A stretch of DNA of 64,000 nt, taken from positions 620,001-684,000 of the forward strand of contig OZ025794.1 of NCBI GenBank assembly GCA_964019425.1, written 5' to 3'. Under the pieces are notes generated by a model that was given only the letters and a program-made list of their open reading frames with translations, did not search any database and was not told the origin of the DNA. Positions 12,589 through 24,227 of the stretch are shown here, in pieces (position 1 is the first letter of the stretch; the number at the start of each line of letters is the position of its first letter). The position numbers and the translations under genes were made by a program. This stretch comes from Flectonema sp. DT1601 (taxonomy: Eukaryota).

Positions 12589-13366
12589 TCAGTCATTCCT
12601 TTTTTTTGCGAACAAAAAACACCATTTTCTCACCGCCTGAGCAAGGTTACACGATATGTTACTTTTGCTCGATTTTTTATTTTTTGGAATCGGGGAGGGT
12701 GCGATCTGTAAAATTAGGCATAGGGATATACTTTTAAACATGGTAAGTGCTGCTAAAAAGAGATAAACGTCTCTTTGCAAAATTTCCTTGGTACTACTCA
12801 ATGATAAATATTAATTCCAGACCTGGAATGGAAAGATCGAGAAAATCTGAGTAAAAAACACCCCTAAATTTTTTTTTTTTACTATTTTTTTTCCCTTCTC
12901 CCGCACTCAAGAGATATGCACCTTTTTACTAACAAATCAACCCTAGTAGCAATTATGTAAGGAAAATGTTGCATCTGTGGTGGTGATAATGATCATTAAG
13001 TATCAAAGTAGGTCCAAAAAGGCAGGTAGTAACAATCTGCCTCACCGGCACATGCTTAGTACTCTTTAATATATTTTTGCTCGATTATTTTTTCTCTGGA
13101 TCCCGCTGGGCCAGCAGTGTAAAATTAGACCCTTCGATTAATTTTTAGTTTTGGTACTTGTCCACGGCTGAGCTGATTTAGTAAACCACAAAATCTCTTT
13201 TCTCAATTCGGGTGACAAGTATGTGATGCCAACCTCCCGATTTCGGACGGAAATGAACCCAACGATGCAGCGCATTAAAATGCCGCTTCGATCGAAAAAT
13301 TTACAATTTTTTTTGAAAATCTTTTTCAATGTCCAAAATTTGTTCGCAAAAAAAAGGAATGACTGA
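12589..13366. mobile_element. Non-autonomous TIR DNA transposon (MITE-like, Tc1/mariner-type ends)
   Basis: Perfect 28-bp terminal inverted repeats TCAGTCATTCCTTTTTTTTGCGAACAAA at 12589-12616 and 13339-13366, each flanked by TA within a (TA)n run. No transposase ORF; degenerate internal direct repeats. Confidence 0.85.
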
Positions 13367-13585
13367 TATATATATAAAATCGTTAAAAAACTTTTGTGAT
13401 GCTCAGGCTATTCCTTTTGGTTGATTGTTGATTGTGTAGTTGCGCGATACGAATTTTCTTTTTGAAAGCTGCCTATCTTGTCTGTTATATTTCTAAATAG
13501 TGGAAAGCTGACAATTGCATACTGTGTTCGGTATATCCTGTCAGCCTAGGCTTTTCCATAACAATTCTAACAAGATTTGGTCTAA

Positions 13586-13690
13586 TTACATTGCTGTTGC
13601 CTCGTAGCTCTAGGGAGTTAACTCGATGCTCTTTAGTTTGCTGTATCAGCGATGCTCAGTACGCAATGTATCGGACCTCTTTATCTCTCT
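13586..13690 (+). repeat. Dispersed structured repeat family A, copy 2
   Basis: Homologous to 538-641; the stem CTAGGGAGT/GCTCTTTAG pairs fully when G.U is allowed. Confidence 0.85.
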
Positions 13691-15507
13691 ATCAATCATC
13701 TAAATTTGAAAAAGATAGAACTCTGTTGATCAAAAGCAAATATATGCTAGCCCATCCTGGTGAGCTCCGTTGGACATTAAGAATCGGTTCTTTTGAAATA
13801 GACCAATTGATAAATCCGATTTATTAATAAACTGGAATGAAGTCCCTTAGAACTTACGGATGAAGGCGTAAGAGGGACAAGTAGTATAAGATTAAGGCTC
13901 CTGAATCTACGTATTCCACAAGTGTTTTATGGAACAGCGGAACAATTGTTGTTTTTATGACCTTTCTTTTTTTTTTTTATATTTTGATTTAGTGCAATTT
14001 TTTATAAGGAACTCATATTCTATCTAAATTTGAACCAATTTTTATTTTATTTTTTTTGTACACTCGTTGCGTCAGCGTCACGTAGGTTCTGCGAGAAACC
14101 AGTTTTGTGTTATTAGCAAGTCTACTGATGTGAAAAACCATATATTTTTTATTAGTATTGCAGGGATGTGACAGCTACTCGCAGCATATGTCACTCTCAC
14201 TGCACTATTATAATGTACCAATTCAGTTTCTTTCCATAATGAAGAAGAAGTATGCTATTTCTCATCTTGGATCTGTCTGCGGTGTAAAAAGATTACAAAA
14301 TTAAAAAAAGTATCAATTTACCCCTCTTCCTTCTTTCTAATTTCGAGCACCGAAATTAGAAAGCTTATTAACTATTTCTAGTTCGGTTGTTTTTTTTTTT
14401 TTTTCATTCTTTTTTTCTTTTCTTCCTTCTCTCCTTTGATTAGCGTTAGTTCAAGCCTGACTTGACTGTTATAGTGTGTACTACGTGATTGTTTTCCTTT
14501 CCCTTGCTCTTTTTTTAGTCAAATATATATTGAAGAAAAGAAAAAAAAAGAGCACCGAAGTAGTACCCTGTGTGTTAATTTCCCCCTTCTTTCCCCCCTT
14601 AAAAAAACACTGAATGAAGAAACTAGATACCTAGCACTCATCTTATACAGCTACGTTGGATTACATAATTAAGTAAGAAACGAGTGTCAACGTTTCGTAT
14701 AACTGTTACCTCTACATACAGTCAGCCATGATTTATTGTTATCTTGTTGTGTTTGCACATGTCTTGTGTACGTGGGTCGCTGTCAATGACTTGGTTTGCA
14801 TCTCGATCACTCAACATTCATTCAGATTGATATTTTTAAAAAATAAATATCGGAATCAGAATTTGTTGTTTTCTACAGATCTCTCCTTCAAAAGCAGCTA
14901 TGATCATACACAAATAGCCTTGTTCTTCTCCCTACTTTATCCTACACATCTACCTAAGACATTTGTGTGGTGTTTTTTTTTCTCTTTCCTTTTCTCTTCT
15001 GGTAGTCATGTACTAACCAACTAACTAACGTACTGTACTAGAAATAGTTTGGATAGGAATTTTGGTTATTTTTTAGCAAGCAACACTTCAAAGCCGTTTG
15101 AAAATGAGGATCGAGGAAGTCAATTATATCACCAACAAGACACTACTCAAAAAAGTATAATTAAAACCCCGATTACCTCCACGGCCATGGCACGTATCGT
15201 GCTGACTTTTGTTCTGCAATTTGGTGCTTTCCTCAGTTTCTCACATTCCCAGATACACCACCCCTTCTGTGACCGATCTGAGTTGTTTTGCAGGAACTCA
15301 CAGTATCCTGCCGACATTCGAGTCGTTTTCAGTTTCTTTAATTTCTGATTGTTATGGTTACGTTAGTTACTTTTTTCAATTCATTAAAAGGATGGGAGGG
15401 ACAAAATAAAATGAAACGTCAACACTAACTGTTCTGAAAAACTTTAATTATTAGCAAGCATTTAACAATATATTTTTATTACGAACAGTGAATTATTAAC
15501 AAACTAT

Positions 15508-17094
15508 ATGATGTCTCTCGAGGCGTCTGCAGCTCTTCGGATCCAGAGTGCGGTACGCATGTGGCAATCACAGAGTGAAATGAGTTCCAGACGGGAACAA
15601 ACTATGCAGCGAAAGACCGAAATTCGTCGCAACGATGCCGCGAGATGCATCCAACTCGCTGTTATGAAATATATAAAAAAGAGGGCTCAGTCTACTTTGC
15701 GAATTCAGAAGTGGTGGAAAGTAGCACAGGCAATGTCAGATAAGCGAAGAAAATGTCAAGCGATAAAATTTAAATGCGAATTAGAATACAAGTCGCGTGC
15801 TGCAGCAACCATCCAAGCGTTCCACAGAGGATGCAGAGATCGCACGTTTACTCTTAGACTCCGTACTGCATACCACTTACAATCAATTGGTAGGTCTATG
15901 TTAGCGAGAAGACATCTCAGTCGTCAACAGGAATGTAATACAGCTAAGGCTAGTACAAGTATTAATGCGTTGTTAATTATTCAAAAGTTTGTAAGGAAGA
16001 TTATAACAACCAGTAAGATAAGAGCCAGTAGACTAGAAAGACTACAAGATCTCGATCACGATGATGCTGTTGCAGCGGCTCAAGTAATTCAACGATTTTA
16101 TAGATCTGTTAGTCAGCGTCGACGAGAGGAGGGAGCTTCAAGAAAACTTCAGAGAGCTGTAAAAATTGCATTTGGAATCAGAAAGTCTCGCCAAAAAGCT
16201 CTCGCAAGCCCAACAGACGTAATGCGACTTCAGCGAATTTGTCGCGGAATGATAACTCGCAAAAAACTATTTAACTTAGAGTATACAATGCTTCAAGAAG
16301 ACAGGCAATACGCTGCTGAAGTTATTCAAAAAAATTATCGATCAACGCTTTGCCGTCGCAAAATGCGACAGGCCTTTAAAGCCGCTCTTCAGACATCAAA
16401 CCAACTATCTGTTTTACTCTTACAAAGGGCTGGTCGATCAATGTTGTCAAAGCAAAGACTTGTTATAAATAATATGAAAAGACAAGATTTACTTAAGAAA
16501 GGAAGGAATATGAATAAAGCAATAAAAACTCTTCAGAGGATTGGAAAAGGTTGTCGGGGTAGACACCGTCTTCATCTACTGTATGGAATAGTAAAGGCTC
16601 CTGAGATAATTGCAGCTGATAGAGAACCAAGTCCTCCAAGTGGGTTTAACTATTATGAAGTTACGGCATCAGCTGATCGATTCAGTGCTGATGAATTACC
16701 AAGCACTTCAATTACGTTATCTCCCGTAAAGAAGGTTCCTTTCTCATCCATTCCATGGAGGCAAATGCGGGGAGGAGGACGTTCTAGTGGACATCCAAGT
16801 AGTAGAAGTCTTGCTGGTCCTTCACTGAGCTCTCCTGCAAATCGAAAAGCACTCAAAAAAACACCTTCCTCCACAACTGGTGCTGTCATGAGAGTGGTTG
16901 ATGAGTGGCGCACATTTGAATCTCGTCACAGAAAGCTGACTACATTCCGTCCTCGACATAAGTCCTTGACAACACATCCATCAATAGGATCACCTTACGC
17001 TACTAAGCCTCGAGGAGCTGCTTATGGTCATTCGGTAATTCTACCGAGTCCTACAGTAAAAAAATCAGCGTTTCTCCCTTCTCTTCATAATTAA
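15508..17094 (+). CDS. Multi-IQ-motif (calmodulin-binding) basic protein
   Basis: 528-aa ORF with many IQ-like motifs (IQSAVRMW, IQKWWK, IQAFHRGCRDR, IQRFYRS, LQRICRGMITR, IQKNYRS, LQRIGKGCRGR) and a low-complexity C-terminus. Confidence 0.85.
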   Translation: MMSLEASAALRIQSAVRMWQSQSEMSSRREQTMQRKTEIRRNDAARCIQLAVMKYIKKRAQSTLRIQKWWKVAQAMSDKRRKCQAIKFKCELEYKSRAAATIQAFHRGCRDRTFTLRLRTAYHLQSIGRSMLARRHLSRQQECNTAKASTSINALLIIQKFVRKIITTSKIRASRLERLQDLDHDDAVAAAQVIQRFYRSVSQRRREEGASRKLQRAVKIAFGIRKSRQKALASPTDVMRLQRICRGMITRKKLFNLEYTMLQEDRQYAAEVIQKNYRSTLCRRKMRQAFKAALQTSNQLSVLLLQRAGRSMLSKQRLVINNMKRQDLLKKGRNMNKAIKTLQRIGKGCRGRHRLHLLYGIVKAPEIIAADREPSPPSGFNYYEVTASADRFSADELPSTSITLSPVKKVPFSSIPWRQMRGGGRSSGHPSSRSLAGPSLSSPANRKALKKTPSSTTGAVMRVVDEWRTFESRHRKLTTFRPRHKSLTTHPSIGSPYATKPRGAAYGHSVILPSPTVKKSAFLPSLHN

Positions 17095-17534
17095 AACTTT
17101 TTTTTGAGTTTTTTTTGTTCTCGTAAGAAACCGTCATTCAGTTTTTCCAGAAATATGATTGTGTTTTCTTTTTGGTATCAGCAGGTTTCACACAGTTCTT
17201 GTTGAGCTATCTCGCCCCTGAGGTATGACGGTCGCTGAGTATTTATCCTTTCCTTGCCTGATTCGTTCTGCTTGCGATTGTTATTTATAATTTCGCCGGC
17301 TGGGAACGGCTATCCGATATTTGTTATAAATAGGAGTGTCTATTTTTTTTATTTATTTCTTTTTGTTTGTTTGCGAGAGCAAATTATCACTGCGGTGCTT
17401 CATGTACGCAACCGGTAGCAGTCACGCAAGGGATTATATTTTTAGTTTTTTGTTTTGTTAAATTAAGAATATCGATAACTGTTTACAAGCGTATTTTGAT
17501 CTTCCCAGAGATGGGAGTAAGCGACGTGTGCTAC

Positions 17535-17563
17535 TTGTTGTTGTTGTTGTTGTTGTTGTTGTT
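17535..17563. repeat. (TTG)n microsatellite
   Basis: Direct reading of the sequence. Confidence 0.9.
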
Positions 17564-18231
17564 ATTATTTTTTTTTGATTTGTTCTGTTTTTGTTCAACT
17601 CTTCCCCAGTTATTATTTATTATTATTGTGCTACTTGATATCTGCAGGCAGTTCATTATTTTTCCTTCCTATAATCAATTGAGCTAGTGATCTTCCAGTT
17701 CAGATTCCCAGATAGGCTTTTTTTTTTTTTTGCTTTGGCACAAGGTGGTTAATTAAAAGGGGGAAAAAAAAAAAAAAAAAAAAATTATAATCCCTTTCCA
17801 CAGTGCCCAGGTATTCCTTATAAATAAATCCTTTTTATGATTATTGTAGTGAAGCTTATTGGCTTTTCTCTAGTTGCCTACTCCTTACTAAAATTACTTT
17901 TAGTCAAATGTATCATAACTAAATGTATATTTTAGTTAACTCTGAAACAATAAAGATATTTGTTTCTTAAATATATCTAAATGTTGTTATGTTATGTGAT
18001 CGTTTTTCCAAATGCTGTTTTGGTATAATAAACGGGAAAAAGAAAAAAAAGAACTTGAAAAAAGAAAGAAAAAAACTTTGTAATTGCTCCAGTCAGTTCG
18101 TGTGCTCAGCGTATTGAGATCTGTTCTCGAAAAAAAAAAAAAAAAAAAAAAAAATTGTCAGATATTTATTTAAATAGCAGTAATAAGAATATTAATTAAA
18201 TACCACCAGTCTCGGTCCAGACAACAATCAA

Positions 18232-19551
18232 ATGGATAATCCCCTTCGTCGAAACCGTTTAACCGCACCTGAAACAAACAGACAATTATCACTTGCTGGT
18301 TTAGGACCCAGTCAAGCAATTCGTACATATAGAGGGAAAGAAAAGGTTAGAACAAGAGCTGTCGAACTTGCTTTTCGTAATTTCTTAGAACATCGACATG
18401 AAAGGGTATTTCCGCCTGATAACTTCCTACGTGGGACTGGACGTGACCGTTTGCTTCCAAAAAGACACAAAGAAATCCCCCAATTGAATATATTAGAAGA
18501 TACCTGTCCATCTTCTTTGCAATCCACACTTCGGAAAAAACCACCTCCAGGGATGAAAGTTGTATTCTACAAACAACAAGAAAGAGGAGGAAGCCCAAGT
18601 AGATTTCATTCATTCAGAAGACAACACACTCCTAACGTTCATCTTAATTTAGATAAAGAAGACTCAAGACCGATGACAGCTCCGCTAGGATCTAAACTAT
18701 CAAAATATGTCGTAGCACAGTTAGGAGACTTTGATAAGAAACTTAGAACTCTGTCTGGACTACCAGAACCTGGTTCCATACCAGACTGTGTTCCAGAAGG
18801 TAAAAAACGGAGGAGGAGTAGTCAAATGACACACAGAGAGTCTCTTGTGTTCCCTAAAGGTGTTATTCTTGATGATCCGTGTGAGGGTGCGGCAGTTGTG
18901 ACGAGATATTCGCATCTACTTCAGGCACTTAAGAAACGAGGAGCCATCCGACTTGCTAGATATATGACTGTGACTGAAGCAAAAAATATTTTTTCACATC
19001 CAAGAATAGACCATGATCAATTCATTCAAACTATTATAAGGAAGACCGGAGATAAAACTCTCACGAATGACTTGTCTGCGATATTCAAGCTTATGCTCAG
19101 CCTCCGACTAGAGGACTCAGCCGAACCAACTATTTCAAAAGATGTTTGGATTACTTGCTCACACTTTATGTGGAGACATTATTTCGGTGATACGGAGGCT
19201 TTATTGAAAGCAACTTTCTTAGTATTGTCTCAACGAGCTGCTGCTGACTGTGGAGATTCATTTGTTATCACACGTGCAGATCTTCATATACTTCTTTCAA
19301 GTTATCGAATAAGAAAACATTCTTCTCCTGTTGTCACTACTGCTGTTGAGCGTCTTATTACTTCGATGGAGTGGGATGATGATTCAACGGACTTTACTAC
19401 ATTTGAAAAGGCTGTTAGAGCGAATGATGTTCTGAAGAATGCCTTTATTGGTTATTGTGATGAGTCTTTTACCTATCATTCTGAGAGAGGGTTGACAGGC
19501 TTGTCACTCAGTCAGTCAGTCAGGGAAAATAGTGACAATTACACACTTTGA
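18232..19551 (+). CDS. Hypothetical protein with a degenerate C-terminal EF-hand pair (calcineurin B/NCS-like)
   Basis: 439-aa ORF; LKATFLVL...VITRADLHILL and ITSMEWDDDSTDFTTFEKAV resemble EF-hand helices and loops. The domain call is tentative. Confidence 0.65.
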   Translation: MDNPLRRNRLTAPETNRQLSLAGLGPSQAIRTYRGKEKVRTRAVELAFRNFLEHRHERVFPPDNFLRGTGRDRLLPKRHKEIPQLNILEDTCPSSLQSTLRKKPPPGMKVVFYKQQERGGSPSRFHSFRRQHTPNVHLNLDKEDSRPMTAPLGSKLSKYVVAQLGDFDKKLRTLSGLPEPGSIPDCVPEGKKRRRSSQMTHRESLVFPKGVILDDPCEGAAVVTRYSHLLQALKKRGAIRLARYMTVTEAKNIFSHPRIDHDQFIQTIIRKTGDKTLTNDLSAIFKLMLSLRLEDSAEPTISKDVWITCSHFMWRHYFGDTEALLKATFLVLSQRAAADCGDSFVITRADLHILLSSYRIRKHSSPVVTTAVERLITSMEWDDDSTDFTTFEKAVRANDVLKNAFIGYCDESFTYHSERGLTGLSLSQSVRENSDNYTL

Positions 19552-19829
19552 TAGTAATTTTTGTTATGGTTGTATCGCTGCTAATAATTCTTTTAAGGAA
19601 AAGAGGAGTAGCTTTTTATGTTTATGTTCGACTTCTGTCTGTGCATTTACTTTAGTTTTAAGTAGTATTGTTGCCTGTTTTGGAATACACAACGCACATT
19701 TACCCCCCTCAAAAAAAGTATTTCCACAAAAAAAAAAAAAAAAAAGGGTGTGAGAAATTTTCTTAAATAAGTGAATGGGGTCTGAGATTGAAAATTATTT
19801 TTGTTTTTCAGAATATTTCAAAAAGAAAC

Positions 19830-22520
19830 ATGTTAGGGATACTTATCTTGGCTTGCATCCAGCAAGCAGTCGGTAATGTGCTGCTACCTGAGATGCACAT
19901 TTGGGCCGAGAGAAGTAACACAGTTTACCTTGAGTGTAATAGTAAATGGTTAGGTTCATATGTAATGAGTGCTGAGATGACTAATAAAGTAGATGAGTTA
20001 GCGATTGACGTTTCTACTGGTATTGTTCAGTTGGCGTTACCTGGGCAAGCAGTGCAGTATTCGACTTATGGAGATTTCTACTACGTGGGTAATTTAGCTG
20101 TTATTGATGCTGAGGATCCAATTCATACGAAGGTTTCAAGATCATCATCGTTGTCGCCTGAATATGTTTACTTTAACAGCGCTGTTTATGAACACTTCCT
20201 CATATCGGTAGACACTCCGGATGATGCGCATTATAATATTTCTGTTTTCGATATTTCATCTCCGCTAGATCCTAAGCTTCTCATTACAGAACCAAGTCTA
20301 AGCAAGCTAACAGATCCTATAGTAAAGTTAGACTTCCCTAAATCAGCATTTTGTGTTTCAACACCATACTCAATAGAGGGATATAATTACAATATTTCTA
20401 CGAATGAAATTACCGCTGGGGGATACTTAAATGTTACAAAACCGTCTCTGTTGTTTACTAATGATTCATTTCTTTACGTCTCGTATGGATGTCAAAACAT
20501 ACCAACGGACTTTACTTCTGGGATTGACATCGTCACTTTTGCTGATTTGAAAAACCCTTTGAAAGTTCATAAAATTGAATCGGATTTATCAGTTTGTGGT
20601 ATTTACATTCGAAATGAATATCTGTTTGTTGTGGGTGTTGATTCTAATGGGAAAGGTTTTCTTCAGTCATATAATATGTCAGAAATCGCTAATCCAAAAG
20701 CTCTCTCAAGAGTCTCATCCTGCGGATTTTCACAGCCGAAAGTCTACAAAGACCAAATGGTCATTCCCTGTGATAACAAAGTCTCTTCTTTTAATATAAG
20801 TAACCCTCACAACATTATCCCACTTGGTGAGACAGTATTACCCATCAGACACGGTCTGTGGTATCCTACGAATGACAAATCAAATGACAGCAAGACGACG
20901 TCAATAGTTTCTAATACGGGATCAGGAATATCAATTCTTGGTATGTGTGGTGTTAAGGTATCCGTCAACGCAACGATTTCTGGAAATTATAACATCGAAT
21001 TGTTAGCAACTGATGAGAATGGTAATAATCTAACAGCAGTACTTCCTGTTGTTGTTGAGTGGTTGCCTCCAATAATTTCGATACCAACACCTCCGATAAC
21101 TCTTGCTTGGGAACAGTCTTTTCGACTATTTGTATTGGCTGCCTTTTTCCAAGACCCATATAGCAAACTTATTGAAATCTCACTTCACAACTCTTCAGCT
21201 GTTCCGACATGGGTGGAAACAACTTCTGTTGGAATTAGCGATCCAGCTGTAGTAGGTGAAATCTCACCGAAAGCAATTAGTAGTACTCCGATTGCATTAG
21301 CAGTTAAAGCGTACGCAAATACAGTAAACCCACGTCTTTATGTATGCAACAAAGATGGATATGTTAACCTAAACACATCATTATCTTCAGCAATAATCCC
21401 TGAGATGATAATGAAAAGGGGTACTCACAAAACCATGGCAGACATTAGAAGACCTGCGGCAGTTATGTATTCTCAATTCGTTTATATTGCAACTGATAAT
21501 CATCTTTGGGTGGAAGGAGGAGATATCCCAAATGGGTATTTTCCATCTGAAGTCACTGTGCTCTTGGGACCTGAGGGTACAACTGCAGACCATTTTGTTG
21601 TCTTCACAACTACTGGAGTATACAAGGCGCCGTATAATGGAAAGCTTGAGGGACCTTATCTGACTTCGTTAAACACTTCCGTGGATGCCGTTCGAAATGG
21701 TGAATCTATTTATTGTTTAGCAGAAACAGACTCTGGTCTTGATCTTGTTATATTCGACCCCAACAGTGTTGTGATTAATCACACTATACCTCTACCAGAC
21801 TTTGTACGGAACTCAACAAGTATTGCAGCAAAGGATAATGTCATAGTCTTATCAGATGGGGTAGATCTGCATTACTTTACGGTTGACGTGATTACTAATG
21901 AAGTGATATTTGAATCGACATTAGAGAATAAAAGATTTTCTACCATGGTATTCGATCTGGCTCACCATCTGTTGTATGGAATTACGATGGATAATAAAGT
22001 AGAAGTTATTACAAACATTGATGGATTGATGTTTACAGGAAGCGGAAGTGTTGGTGATGATGTTGACGTTATGGTTGAAATCAGTAATCTGCATAATTCA
22101 ACTGTTGAGCAAATTAATTTCGAGTTGAGCGGTGAGACGCCGGTTCCCCCAACTGCTATTCCAACTTCTATTCCAACTTCAGTACCAACTTCAGTACCAA
22201 CTTCAGTACCAACTTCAGTACCAACACCACTTCCACCTACTCCGCTTCCTTCTACTGATGTTCCGACAACACCATTTCCGCCGACTCCGCTTCCTTCAAC
22301 TAACGTTCCCTCTACTTTAGTACCAACTGACATCCCAGAGACGAGGTCATCTGACTCCGATAAAAAAACCATCATCATCATCATCATTATCGCTGTGGCT
22401 ATTATTATTTTCATAATTGTTGCAGCAGTTGTTGTCAAGCGTCGTCGCAAGCCCGCTGAAGATGCTGAATTTCCTCTTTTTTCAGTAAATCCTGCCGCTC
22501 CTATTGAACAGGCGGAGTAG
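19830..22520 (+). CDS. Type I membrane protein: LVIVD-like beta-propeller, cadherin/He_PIG-like Ig domain and PT-rich stalk (copy 1)
   Basis: Likely start MLGILILACIQQAVG (signal peptide), 19 nt after a T-rich AG. Repeats VFDISSPLDP, IVTFADLKNP, YNMSEIANP, FNISNPHN; GNYNIELLATDENG and FFQDP..VPTWV Ig motifs; PTSV repeats; poly-Ile TM followed by KRRRK. Confidence 0.85.
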   Translation: MLGILILACIQQAVGNVLLPEMHIWAERSNTVYLECNSKWLGSYVMSAEMTNKVDELAIDVSTGIVQLALPGQAVQYSTYGDFYYVGNLAVIDAEDPIHTKVSRSSSLSPEYVYFNSAVYEHFLISVDTPDDAHYNISVFDISSPLDPKLLITEPSLSKLTDPIVKLDFPKSAFCVSTPYSIEGYNYNISTNEITAGGYLNVTKPSLLFTNDSFLYVSYGCQNIPTDFTSGIDIVTFADLKNPLKVHKIESDLSVCGIYIRNEYLFVVGVDSNGKGFLQSYNMSEIANPKALSRVSSCGFSQPKVYKDQMVIPCDNKVSSFNISNPHNIIPLGETVLPIRHGLWYPTNDKSNDSKTTSIVSNTGSGISILGMCGVKVSVNATISGNYNIELLATDENGNNLTAVLPVVVEWLPPIISIPTPPITLAWEQSFRLFVLAAFFQDPYSKLIEISLHNSSAVPTWVETTSVGISDPAVVGEISPKAISSTPIALAVKAYANTVNPRLYVCNKDGYVNLNTSLSSAIIPEMIMKRGTHKTMADIRRPAAVMYSQFVYIATDNHLWVEGGDIPNGYFPSEVTVLLGPEGTTADHFVVFTTTGVYKAPYNGKLEGPYLTSLNTSVDAVRNGESIYCLAETDSGLDLVIFDPNSVVINHTIPLPDFVRNSTSIAAKDNVIVLSDGVDLHYFTVDVITNEVIFESTLENKRFSTMVFDLAHHLLYGITMDNKVEVITNIDGLMFTGSGSVGDDVDVMVEISNLHNSTVEQINFELSGETPVPPTAIPTSIPTSVPTSVPTSVPTSVPTPLPPTPLPSTDVPTTPFPPTPLPSTNVPSTLVPTDIPETRSSDSDKKTIIIIIIIAVAIIIFIIVAAVVVKRRRKPAEDAEFPLFSVNPAAPIEQAE
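22149..22220 (+). repeat. 12-bp coding tandem repeat (PTSV-type) x6
   Basis: CCAACTTCAGTA units. Confidence 0.95.
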
Positions 22521-23280
22521 TTGAAAGGATCTTCATAACACGTCTTAGCTTTAAGTTGAGGTGATGATTTTATTTTTACTTTTCTTCCTATCCTTGTGGT
22601 ACTTGGCATAGTTTAGGTCGACCTACCCGTTGACACCGATTGCTAAGATGTTGTCCACAATTACTATTTAGCCGGAGTTTTGTGAAGTTTGAAGAACAGC
22701 AGTTCTACCAAGCTTATTGTTTTTGTTTTGTTTGATGTGTGGTGGTGCTCTGAATAAATTAATTCACTTCCTCAAGACACATGTTTTGTTGATTACCAAA
22801 GAGAAACTACTCACACAGTGTCTTCACATTGTCCTTACTTTCTTCTGCACTGTTATATTGATATCAGGAAAAGGGTGCGAACGTGCAAACACAGCTTGAC
22901 TAGCTTGGTGGGCTGACATCTTACTAAGTAAAAAAGAAATAGTTTGACTGTGTCCTGTTTGTTGTTGGTTGACTATTGAATTGTTATCTATTACTTAACT
23001 AACTAAACTAAACTATTACTACCTTACTTTAGTAGTGATCATTCTCACCTTATGTGAAGTGATTGTAGTCTCCTCTGCTAGCACGCTAACACGCGCACAC
23101 GAAACAGTCTCAGCATTGTGAAACAACGATAACCTTTATGATATCTTGTATCTCTACTTTGCTCTTTGTTCCTCTCACCTAACTTCAACAAATTGAATTA
23201 TCATAGCAACGGTGTGTGTCGTGTGGTTCCTCCGCTGCAACATTAGTATTTTTTCCTGTTATTTATTTATTGCCCCCGTC

Positions 23281-23349
23281 TCCACCTTTCCCCTGATCAT
23301 TTCTTTTTTATTTGTTGTTTTCAACCTGTTAGTTTCTGGACGAGGTGGA
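23281..23349 (+). repeat. Repeat family B stem-loop in the duplication junction filler (also 27691-27759)
   Basis: TCCACCTT...GATCATTTCT...CAACCTGTTAG..TCTGG..(G/A)AGGTGGA, homologous to 8545-8626. Confidence 0.75.
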
Positions 23350-23510
23350 CCAGTTCTAGACTTGCCCGAGTATTAACAAAGTAGGGTACGTTTTTATTTT
23401 ATTTTTGAGTTCACTTTTACTTTCTCTAATCTTACTTTACTATGAAATAAATAAATTGTTATTATTTCAAACTTTTCGATTACAAAAAATGACGAATTGA
23501 AGAGATTGCT

Positions 23511-23951
23511 GAGGACTCAGCCGAACCAACTATTTCAAAAGATGTTTGGATTACTTGCTCACACTTTATGTGGAGACATTATTTCGGTGATACGGAGGCT
23601 TTATTGAAAGCAACTTTCTTAGTATTGTCTCAACGAGCTGCTGCTGACTGTGGAGATTCATTTGTTATCACACGTGCAGATCTTCATGTACTTCTTTCAA
23701 GTTATCGAATAGGAAAACATTCTTCTCCTGTTGTCACTACTGCTGTTGAGCGTCTTATTACTTCGATGGAGTGGGATGATGATTCAACGGACTTTACTAC
23801 ATTTGAAAAGGCTGTTAGAGCGAATGATGTTCTGAAGAATGCCTTTATTGGTTATTGTGATGAGTCTTTTACCTATCATTCTGAGAGAGGGTTGACAGGC
23901 TTGTCACTCAGTCAGTCAGTCAGGGAAAATGGTGATAATTACACACTTTGA
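23511..23951 (+). pseudogene. 5'-truncated duplicate of the 3' end of gene 18232-19551
   Basis: Near-identical to 19111-19551; an in-frame TGA lies upstream at 23490 and the first Met is at 23568. Confidence 0.85.
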
Positions 23952-24227
23952 TAGTAATTTTTGTTATGGTTGTATCGCTGCTAATAATTCTTATTAAGGA
24001 AAAGAAGAGTAGCTTTTTGTGTTTATGTTCGACTTCTGTCTGTGCATTTACTTTAGTTTTAAGTAGTATTGTTGCCTGTTTTGGAATACACAACACACAT
24101 TTACCCCCCTCAAAAAAAGTATTTCCACAAAAAAAAAAAAAAAGGGTGTGAGAAATTTTCTTAAATAAGTGAATGGGGTCTGAGATTGAAAATTATTTTT
24201 GTTTTTCAGAATATTTCAAAAAGAAAC

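Noticed and set aside
21962..22609. Minus-strand ORFs of 168-219 aa (also 26360-27019, 43092-43709, 53884-54390)
   Set aside because: Antisense shadows of low-complexity regions of real + strand genes.
23680..24100. A-to-G changes in the duplicated fragment as a sign of an edited RNA intermediate
   Set aside because: Too few sites, G-to-A changes also occur, and the duplication includes intergenic DNA.
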